This document shows, in pieces, positions 55,633 through 64,000 of a DNA stretch of 64,000 nucleotides. The notes under the pieces are model-generated. The model was not told where the DNA came from, ran no database searches, and saw nothing but the letters and a program-made list of their open reading frames with translations. The position numbers were made by a program, and so were the translations under genes. The first letter of the stretch is position 1; each line of letters starts with the position of its first letter. Source of the stretch: Spirochaetota bacterium (GTDB taxonomy: Bacteria > Spirochaetota > UBA4802 > JAGODF01); NCBI GenBank assembly GCA_036846345.1, contig DAIUCD010000001.1, forward strand, positions 330,363 to 394,362, in the 5' to 3' direction.

Positions 55633-56232
55633 TTAAATGGGAAGCATCTGGATGATATTGGACTGCAGTTCCTTTAAGACTCCCTCAATCCTGTGATCCT
55701 TTCTCTCTAGTATGACGGAGAAGAGGGATATCCCCTCGTGCAGGGCTATGAATGCAGTGGCCATCCTTCCGGAGGTAGTGGCGTCCAGTCCATTCCTTTT
55801 CAGAATGAGAGAGAGGGTCTTCTCCCATTCCTCATAGGTGCGGTTCAGCTTTTTTTTCACCTTTTTGTTATAGGTGGCGATATGCCAGATTTCAATGAAG
55901 ACCTTGGACAGATCATGGTTGAAGGTGATCTGGGTGTTGATGTGGTTCAGCATGCTCAGAACCATCTTTTTCCCCTTAAGGCCCTTCTTCTCTGCGGAAA
56001 GGATAAAGTCGGCGAAGATGATCACATATTTATCCAGGATATAATCCATGAAATGGAGGAGTATATCCTCCTTGCTTTTAAAGTAATAGTGCAAAACGCC
56101 GTGATTGACTCCGGCCTTGACAGCTATGTCCTTGATGGATGTTTCGTGAAAGGGTTTCTTCAGGAGGCATTTATAAAGGGCTTCCAATATCTGCTGTCTC
56201 CTTTCGGCTTGTACGGTCTTTCTTGGCATCAA
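55633..56232 (-). CDS. TetR/AcrR-family regulator
   Basis: RRQQILEA....FHETSIKDIA.KAGVNHGVLHYYFKSKEDIL. Confidence 0.92.
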   Translation of the reverse strand: MMPRKTVQAERRQQILEALYKCLLKKPFHETSIKDIAVKAGVNHGVLHYYFKSKEDILLHFMDYILDKYVIIFADFILSAEKKGLKGKKMVLSMLNHINTQITFNHDLSKVFIEIWHIATYNKKVKKKLNRTYEEWEKTLSLILKRNGLDATTSGRMATAFIALHEGISLFSVILERKDHRIEGVLKELQSNIIQMLPI

Positions 56233-56469
56233 TAGACTCCCCGCGATGGTTTAAAAGATGGAGATTTGTATTTATCGGACACATTAACAGGGAATGTCAA
56301 GAGTATTCTTGTCCAACAGGGAAGATGCCAATAAATAATGTCGTTTATCTGTCATTTTCCTTTAGAGTTGCAGGGACTGGTAAAATTACAAAAGGGGTCT
56401 GGAAATAAATCTTGAAAAAATGGGATAGTGGCAGTCTTATGAGCCGGAAATGAAACCATGATCTGTTGA

Positions 56470-57342
<873 letters not shown>

Positions 57343-57369
57343 GACGAAAAAATCCCGATCGTGCCGAAA

Positions 57370-58359
57370 TCAATCTCCGCTCTTCTGCTCCTTCGTCCAT
57401 ATACTTTTAAAGAAGAAGGAGGAGAGGTTGAAATAGGCCGCCAGCGGGAAGGAGATAATGAAGGAGAACACGGCCAGATAGGACACGGTAATGAGATACC
57501 GCAGCAGGCTTACGAAGTCAAAGAGCGAACTGTAAGCCTTAAGATTAGCTGCCGCTTCGGGCCGAGGGGTTATCCTGTTGATCAGATCGGTAAAATAGGA
57601 TTCCGATATCAGGGCCCTGGCGATATCGGGGTAGGCGGCGCTTATCTTCCACTGAAGAGCCTTGGTAATGCCGATGGCATGTTTCAGCAGATAGAAAATG
57701 ATCAGCAGGCTCAATATGAGTACGGAAAGCGAAAATATCAGGTAGATGATGACGTTGAGCCATTTCTCCTGAATGACAACTTTCAGTTCGGTCAGGAGAT
57801 CCTTGGCGGTTTCCGCCTCCCCCACGAGAGGAGGGACAACGGCAAAGATACAGATCGCCAGAAGGATACAGAACAGGTTGACCAGGAAGAAGGGTATGGT
57901 CAGTATACCCATCAGCGCGGGACCTGCATAGGGGATGTAGGAGAGGGCGGATATTCCCACTTCGATGAAAACCACGAGAATAAGAAAGACTATGGTTGCC
58001 AGGGAGAAACCGAGAATGTAATGGAATCTCTTGGCGGTCATCTTTATGGAAGTCCTCGTCACCTTCAGGGACCCTTCCGGGTATTTGGTGATACGATAAA
58101 CCCCTGAGTAGGCCATCAGGAGTGCTGTAAAGAGCAGGAAGGAGCCGATGTTCTGAATAAAGTAATAGAAGAAACTCTGCTGGGGTACCGCCATGGTGAG
58201 GAGGCTGAAGAGAATGAAGACAAACAGCCCTATCCCCACGTAAAGCCAGGTCAGCTTAAAGCTCTTTTTGAAGTTTTCAATTTTAAAGCTTTTCCCTATT
58301 TCGAAGGTCACATCCTGCATCTGCATTACCCCTGATCTTATTTTAGGACGATCAATCAT
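57370..58359 (-). CDS. Hypothetical multi-pass membrane protein
   Basis: About 6-7 hydrophobic helices; start uncertain (MQMQDV at the second/third Met). Confidence 0.7.
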   Translation of the reverse strand: MIDRPKIRSGVMQMQDVTFEIGKSFKIENFKKSFKLTWLYVGIGLFVFILFSLLTMAVPQQSFFYYFIQNIGSFLLFTALLMAYSGVYRITKYPEGSLKVTRTSIKMTAKRFHYILGFSLATIVFLILVVFIEVGISALSYIPYAGPALMGILTIPFFLVNLFCILLAICIFAVVPPLVGEAETAKDLLTELKVVIQEKWLNVIIYLIFSLSVLILSLLIIFYLLKHAIGITKALQWKISAAYPDIARALISESYFTDLINRITPRPEAAANLKAYSSLFDFVSLLRYLITVSYLAVFSFIISFPLAAYFNLSSFFFKSIWTKEQKSGD

Positions 58360-58502
58360 ACCTGTTTCGGTAATAAAATCAAGAAAATATCTGGTCAGAA
58401 AGGGGATTAATTTGAGATACTGGGTTCAGCCTTCATCTAGAAACAGGCGCGATTATGATTAAAGCCGGTGCGAGATGAAGTCCATAAAGGCATAAAGGGG
58501 GG

Positions 58503-59303
58503 ATGGTAATGTTTGTTGATTCGCATGCACATTTTGATCTCTGTCTGGAAAAGAAGGGATGCCGGGAAGAGGATCTTCTGAATGGCCTGGATGTTGCGGG
58601 GATTGCCGGAGCCGTGCAGGTTTCCATCGATGTCGAGGGCTTTGAGGGTTCCCGGGATTTTGCCCGGAGACACAGGGACAGGGGGATTCGATTCACCCTC
58701 GGGATACATCCCTCCTCCCGTGCTACTGCCATCGAACTGGGGAAGATGGATGATTATGTCGAGGAGGTCATGAAGTCGCCGGAGGCCGATCTGCTCTTCG
58801 GCATCGGCGAGTGCGGGCTCGATTATTACCGTATGCATCAGCCGAGGGAGATGCAGAGGGAATCCTTTCATTTTCAGATTGAACTCGCAAAACGATGGGA
58901 TCTCCCCCTCATCGTACATTCCCGGGATGCCTTGGAGGAGACTCTTCAGATACTGAAAGAGGCCGGGATCAGAAAGGGGATCATGCACTGCTTCTCAGGA
59001 GACGGCGCTGCAGCGGCGAGGGTTCTTGATCTGGGTTTCTATCTCTCCTTTGCTGGTAATGTGACCTATAAGAATGCTGTAGAACTGCACGATTCCGCCG
59101 CCTATACACCGGCGGACAGGATGCTGATCGAGACGGACGCTCCTTTCCTGACTCCGGTGCCTCTGAGGGGGAAACCCAACCGGCCGGAGTATGTGACCCA
59201 TACCTACCAATATATTGCCGATCTTAAAAAGATGACACTCGATCAGCTCAGGGATACGGTCTGGAGAAGTTATCAGACGCTGGCGGGATTAAATAAACGT
59301 TGA
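58503..59303 (+). CDS. tatD: TatD-family metal-dependent hydrolase
   Basis: DSHAHF, GIHP, IGECGLDYY, VHSRDA, MHCFSG, IETDAPFL.P.P.RGK.N.P. Confidence 0.95.
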   Translation: MVMFVDSHAHFDLCLEKKGCREEDLLNGLDVAGIAGAVQVSIDVEGFEGSRDFARRHRDRGIRFTLGIHPSSRATAIELGKMDDYVEEVMKSPEADLLFGIGECGLDYYRMHQPREMQRESFHFQIELAKRWDLPLIVHSRDALEETLQILKEAGIRKGIMHCFSGDGAAAARVLDLGFYLSFAGNVTYKNAVELHDSAAYTPADRMLIETDAPFLTPVPLRGKPNRPEYVTHTYQYIADLKKMTLDQLRDTVWRSYQTLAGLNKR

Positions 59304-59375
59304 CTTTACCCCCGGGATGCATCGAAATGTGATTGATACGTGCGATCTCACAGAGGTACCGGTAGCAGGTAGACG

Positions 59376-61061
59376 ATGGACTCTAAAAGATATTATTCGG
59401 ATTTTTTGGTCATTGGCAGCGGTATCGCCGGGCTTACATTTGCCATCAAGGCCTCCCGGATGGGGACGGTCTATATCGTTACCAAAAAAAAGGATTCCGA
59501 TTCCAACACCAACTATGCCCAGGGCGGCATAGCCTCGGTTATTGCCGAAGGGGACAGGGCGGAATTCCACATCAGCGACACCCTCAAGGCGGGTGCAGGA
59601 CTCTGCCGTGAAAAGGCCGTGGATCTGCTCGTGCGGGATGGTCCCGAGAGAATACGGGAACTCATGGACTGGGGCACGCGGTTTTCCACCAGAACCGACC
59701 AGGAGGGGCGGGAAATCCTGGATCTGGGCCGTGAGGGCGGGCATTCCCAGAACCGAATCGTCCACGCCAGGGATCTGACCGGCGCGGAGGTGGAGAGGGC
59801 CCTGCTGAACAAGATCGCTTCCCTAGAGAATATAAGGATTTTTGAGGATCATACTGCCGTGGATCTCCTCACGGAGCATCAACTGCGATTCACCCACCCT
59901 AACAAGATATCGAAGAATCAGAAAACCACCTGCTACGGGGCTTATATTCTGGAGAATGCCACTGGCGTCGTGCATCTCTTCAACGCAAAGATCACCATGC
60001 TGGCCTCCGGCGGAGTGGGGCATGTCTATCTCCATACCACCAACCCTGACATCGCCACAGGGGACGGGATTGCCATGGCCAGCCGGGCGGGGGCGCTGAT
60101 TGCCGACATGGAGTTCATTCAGTTCCATCCCACGGCGCTTTATACGGAAAAACAGGAGGGTCGGTCCTTCCTCATCAGCGAGGCGGTGCGGGGCGAGGGC
60201 GCCATTCTGCTCAACAGCAGGGGGGAACATTTCATGGAGGGGGTACATCCCATGAAGGACCTGGCTCCGCGGGACATCGTGGCGCGGGCCATAGACCGGG
60301 AGCTCAAGAGGCTGGGGGACAAATGCGTGTTCCTGGACATAAGCTTCAAGGGGAGGGATTTCCTGGAAAGGCGGTTTCCCCATATTTATGCCCATTGCCT
60401 GGAGGAGGGTATCGATATCTCCCGGGAGCCCATTCCCGTCGTGCCCGCCGCCCATTATCTCTGCGGCGGGATAGTATCCGATCTCCACGGCAGAACGTCC
60501 ATAGGAAATCTCTACGTTTCCGGTGAGGCGGCCTGCACGGGGGTTCACGGGGCCAACAGGCTGGCGAGCAATTCCCTCCTGGAGGGGATCGTCTTTTCCC
60601 ACAGGGCCTATCTGCACGTGGAGACCTATCTCCGGGAGAAGGGGAAGGAGATCATTATCCATGAGTTCCCCGGCTGGAACAAGGAGGGAACCTTCGACTT
60701 GGAGGAGTGGATCCTGATCCAGCACAACAAGGAGGACGTCAAGCGCCTCATGTGGGATTACGTGGGGATCGTCAGAACCAATCTGCGGCTGCAGAGGGCC
60801 TTCAGGAGAATTAACCTGCTGAGTGAGGAGATACAGGATTACTACAAGCGGAGCACGGTTTCCTCACAGCTCATCGAGTTGAGGAACATCGCCACTATAG
60901 CCCAGCTGATCATCAAGAGCGCCATATCGAGGAAGGAGAGCCGCGGGCTCCATTTCAACACGGATTACCCCGAGCTGGTTGAAAGTATGAATCGAAGCAC
61001 CGTCATAAACCCGGATGGCGGGGCCGTTATGAGCTCCCTGGAGGATGTGGCCCTTTTCTGA
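59376..61061 (+). CDS. nadB: L-aspartate oxidase
   Basis: IGSGIAGL, TNYAQGGIA, REGGHS..RIVH, EFIQFHPT, LISEAVRGEG, PAAHYLCGG, TGVHGANRLASNSLLEG, ESRGLH. Confidence 0.97.
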   Translation: MDSKRYYSDFLVIGSGIAGLTFAIKASRMGTVYIVTKKKDSDSNTNYAQGGIASVIAEGDRAEFHISDTLKAGAGLCREKAVDLLVRDGPERIRELMDWGTRFSTRTDQEGREILDLGREGGHSQNRIVHARDLTGAEVERALLNKIASLENIRIFEDHTAVDLLTEHQLRFTHPNKISKNQKTTCYGAYILENATGVVHLFNAKITMLASGGVGHVYLHTTNPDIATGDGIAMASRAGALIADMEFIQFHPTALYTEKQEGRSFLISEAVRGEGAILLNSRGEHFMEGVHPMKDLAPRDIVARAIDRELKRLGDKCVFLDISFKGRDFLERRFPHIYAHCLEEGIDISREPIPVVPAAHYLCGGIVSDLHGRTSIGNLYVSGEAACTGVHGANRLASNSLLEGIVFSHRAYLHVETYLREKGKEIIIHEFPGWNKEGTFDLEEWILIQHNKEDVKRLMWDYVGIVRTNLRLQRAFRRINLLSEEIQDYYKRSTVSSQLIELRNIATIAQLIIKSAISRKESRGLHFNTDYPELVESMNRSTVINPDGGAVMSSLEDVALF

Positions 61062-61418
61062 TTACCTGCTCTTGATGGTGGTGAGGGCTTCCTGGTTGGT
61101 GTTGAAGATATCCACAAAATCGGAGATTCCCACGATGTCCATTACCTTCTGAAAGTGATTGGTGAGTCCCACGAAGGTTACTTTTCCCCCGATATCACCC
61201 AGATCCTGAATGATGTTGATGAGCGTTGCGATTCCCGCCGAGTTGATGTACTTCGTCTTTTCGAAATTGATGATGATGCTGGCCGGGGAATGCTTGCTCT
61301 TCAGGTCATAGTACATCTTCATCACATCGCTGTCGGCTTCCGATGTCATGTCGCCTTCTATAATGAGAACGGGGATGTTTTCAATGATATCCGATGATAC
61401 ACTATAAGTATTATCCAT
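61062..61418 (-). CDS. STAS-domain anti-sigma-factor antagonist
   Basis: IINFEKTKYINSAGIATL with the conserved phosphorylatable Ser. Confidence 0.9.
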   Translation of the reverse strand: MDNTYSVSSDIIENIPVLIIEGDMTSEADSDVMKMYYDLKSKHSPASIIINFEKTKYINSAGIATLINIIQDLGDIGGKVTFVGLTNHFQKVMDIVGISDFVDIFNTNQEALTTIKSR

Positions 61419-61560
61419 CTCTATCTCCTCTGTATGGCTGATTGTGCTACGGCCTCAGGCACAGCAGATAACCCGCCAGTATCACTTTCTATCTATTTGT
61501 TCAAATCCTGATGTGCAGAATAATATATAAACAGATGGTCTGTCAAGCATTTATATGGGA

Positions 61561-62553
61561 TTATTCCAGTTCATGAATGGATGAGAGAAAGGCCTCGACA
61601 CATCGGCTGTCGAACTGGGAGCCGGAGTGTGTTTTTAGCTCCCGTACGGCATCGGCCTTGGAGAGGGCTTTTCGGTAGGGGCGGTCCGTGCGCATGGCGT
61701 CATAGGAATCGGCGATGGTGATGATGCGGGAAAGGAGGGGGATATCTTCCTCGGAAACCATGTAGTACCCTTTCCCGTCGAATCGCTCGTGATGGTACAG
61801 CACTATCTCTGCGATATCCTTTAGGTATTCGATGGAACAGAGAATCTTCACGGCCCTTACGGGATGAGACATCATGATCAGCCGCTCTTCTTCGCTCAGG
61901 TGGGCCGGTTTCTCTATGATGTAGCTGGGGATGCTCAGCTTGCCGATGTCATGGATGATGGCGGCCTGGCTCAGCAGCCTCAGCTTTTCATCGGACAGGC
62001 CCAGACGCTCGCCGATGATGAGGGAATACTTGGCCACCCGGTTGGAATGGCCCGCGGTGTAGGTGTCCTTTTCTTCCAGCGCGTTGACCAGGACGGTTAT
62101 GATCTCAAAGATCCGCTTCTGCAACTCCTCCTGCGTCTTTTCTATGCTGTTCATGATGCGGTCGGTGTTGAGAAGATAATGGCGGATGCGGGTGGCCACC
62201 GCATCGAAGTAAGCCTTGTTGTCGATGTTCACGGGATACTGGAGGTTGCCCTTTTCGAATTCCAGTATGGTGCGGTAGAACTCCCTGGCGTATTTGCGGT
62301 ATTTCTTGAAGATAAAATTGCTGTAATGGAAGGCCGTCAGACCGCAGAGAAAGGACGTGAGAAAGAGGGAAGGCAGAAAAAACGCCAGGGTGATGTGCCT
62401 CCCGCGGAAGACCAGAAAATCTAGAATCCATACGAGTGCAAGGGTCAGGGCGGAAAGGGACGCGCCAGCGAGGAAAATCCTGAGGAAATCCCTGCGATGA
62501 TAGGGGAAATATTTGACGGTCAGTTTGGGTCTTTTCAAGACTGGTTTTTTCAT
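61561..62553 (-). CDS. Membrane-anchored HD-GYP protein
   Basis: Two N-terminal TM helices; KDTYTAGHSNRV, IHDIGKL, HHERFDGKGY, ADSYDAM..DRPYRK. Confidence 0.9.
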   Translation of the reverse strand: MKKPVLKRPKLTVKYFPYHRRDFLRIFLAGASLSALTLALVWILDFLVFRGRHITLAFFLPSLFLTSFLCGLTAFHYSNFIFKKYRKYAREFYRTILEFEKGNLQYPVNIDNKAYFDAVATRIRHYLLNTDRIMNSIEKTQEELQKRIFEIITVLVNALEEKDTYTAGHSNRVAKYSLIIGERLGLSDEKLRLLSQAAIIHDIGKLSIPSYIIEKPAHLSEEERLIMMSHPVRAVKILCSIEYLKDIAEIVLYHHERFDGKGYYMVSEEDIPLLSRIITIADSYDAMRTDRPYRKALSKADAVRELKTHSGSQFDSRCVEAFLSSIHELE

Positions 62554-62737
62554 GACACGGGTCTACTAGATTTCCATAGGGATAATACAAGGAGCTTAAT
62601 GGCCCTTGATTGAGATAATTTTTTAATTGACGTATCCTGCCTCTGAATAAAACTCAACGGGATTGATTTTGGGCCGTTTTACCGCATTAAGGGACGCGTC
62701 TCTAACAGAAAGTACACATTTATATCAGAGGTCTTAT

Positions 62738-63712
62738 ATGTCAAGAATACTATCGGGTATACAGCCTTCCGGTACCTTACATATCGGCAATTACTTTGCG
62801 ATGATGAAGCGAATGATTGAATTCCAGCAGGAGCACGAGCTTTTCTGTTTCATCGTCAATTATCACGCCATGACCTCCCTCCAGGACGGCCGGGAGATGA
62901 GGGAAAACACGCTGTCAGCGGTGCTGGACTTTCTGGCCCTGGGACTCGATCCCGAAAAATGCTATTTCTGGATACAGTCCGATGTCCCCGAGGTCACGGA
63001 ACTCACCTGGATACTGAGCTGTCATACGTCGATGGGCCTCCTGGAGCGCAGCCACAGCTACAAGGACAAGGTGGCCAGGGGGATCACACCGAGCTGCGGT
63101 CTCTTTACCTATCCCGTGCTGATGGCGGCGGACATCCTCCTCTATCAGGCTCAGATCATCCCCGTGGGGAAGGACCAGAAACAGCATGTGGAGATCACCC
63201 GGGACATCGCGGAGAGATTCAATACCGTCTTCGGGGAGACTTTCGTGGTCCCCGAACCGCAAATCGCCGAGGATATCGCCCTGATCCCCGGGATCGACGG
63301 GCAGAAGATGTCCAAGAGCTACGGCAACACCATAAACATCTTCGAGGACGAGAAATCCCTTAAAAAGAAGGTGATGAAGATCGTGACCGATTCCACTCCC
63401 GTTGAAGAGCCCAAGAATCCCGATACCTGCAATCTCTTTGCCCTGTATAAACTCTTTGCCGATGCCGGGGCTCTCGAAAATCTCCGGGATCGCTATCTGG
63501 CCGGGGGGACGGGGTACGGGGACGTCAAGAAGGAGCTGCTGGGGCTCATCTGGGACTATTTCCGCCTCTTCCGCGACCGCCGCGAGGAGCTCTCCCGGGA
63601 CAGGGGAGAGATCTTCAACATCATGCGTAAAGGCGCCGAGAAGACTCGCAGGGTGGCCGCCGCGACTCTGGATGATGTCCGAAAGAAGGTGGGCCTGAGC
63701 TATACGCTGTAA
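62738..63712 (+). CDS. trpS: Tryptophan-tRNA ligase
   Basis: SGIQPSG.LHIGNY (HIGH), YPVLMAADIL, PVGKDQ.QH, KMSKS. ATG at 62738. Confidence 0.97.
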   Translation: MSRILSGIQPSGTLHIGNYFAMMKRMIEFQQEHELFCFIVNYHAMTSLQDGREMRENTLSAVLDFLALGLDPEKCYFWIQSDVPEVTELTWILSCHTSMGLLERSHSYKDKVARGITPSCGLFTYPVLMAADILLYQAQIIPVGKDQKQHVEITRDIAERFNTVFGETFVVPEPQIAEDIALIPGIDGQKMSKSYGNTINIFEDEKSLKKKVMKIVTDSTPVEEPKNPDTCNLFALYKLFADAGALENLRDRYLAGGTGYGDVKKELLGLIWDYFRLFRDRREELSRDRGEIFNIMRKGAEKTRRVAAATLDDVRKKVGLSYTL

Positions 63713-63753
63713 TTCCCCGGGGTCTGATGTCCCGGCAAAGCGGGACCTGATCG

Positions 63754-64000
63754 TCAGGTGATTCGAATGAGCGGCCGGGAGGATGCCCTGATCCGCCCTA
63801 TCCGCGCGGCCTGCTGTATGCCGGCCGCGTGCAGTTCCTCCAGCAGGCGGTCCGCCTCCGTTTCAGCCAGGGCAATGAGCAGGCCACCGGAGGTCTGCGG
63901 ATCGAAGAGCAGGTCCCGGATCTCCTGGTTTATCCCCGCGTTTTCTTCATAGAGAGACCCCACGTAATCCCGGTTGCGGTACATGCCGGCGGGTATAAGG
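63754..64000 (-). CDS. selD: Selenide, water dikinase SelD, C-terminal fragment (runs off the window)
   Basis: LIPAGMYRN...LLFDPQTSGGLLI...A..IG; DPQTSGGLL is the SelD C-terminal signature. Confidence 0.85.
   Translation of the reverse strand, partial: LIPAGMYRNRDYVGSLYEENAGINQEIRDLLFDPQTSGGLLIALAETEADRLLEELHAAGIQQAARIGRIRASSRPLIRIT

Noticed and set aside
62600-62737. T-box leader upstream of trpS
   Set aside because: Region is too short and lacks the T-box consensus and terminator.

Overview
Core-chromosome bacterial window, densely coding, with no recognisable phage, integrase, transposase or CRISPR array. It most likely comes from a Spirochaetota genome related to the Leptospira-like lineage (inference from the tmRNA tag ANNEFALAA and spirochaete-type lipoboxes). 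Housekeeping genes: ssrA, a stand-alone PurH cyclohydrolase domain, acs, thiolase, DinG-type helicase, radA, argB, tatD, nadB, trpS, partial selD and nikR. Signalling genes: one 7TM-PAS-GAF-GGDEF cyclase, two HD-GYP proteins, a receiver-PP2C phosphatase, SixA, STAS, MerR and TetR. Envelope genes: AsmA/YdbH-like, DUF1318, a giant TolB-TPR lipoprotein, MlaD/MlaF, an amidase and a LysM-M23 protein. The best candidates for uncharacterised systems are: (1) a tightly coupled operon of C39 peptidase, RLAN/RimK ATP-grasp ligase, GCS2 ligase and N-formylglutamate amidohydrolase-like protein (44031-48174); (2) an ATP-grasp/FMN alpha-hydroxy-acid oxidase fusion (2696-4954); (3) an AsmA-DUF1318-TolB/TPR/pseudo-CHAT envelope operon (16255-25170); (4) a 77-aa putative di-haem cytochrome hidden in a longer ORF call; and (5) an orphan rifampin-phosphotransferase-architecture kinase. 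All calls come from motif recognition by eye; no database searches were run.
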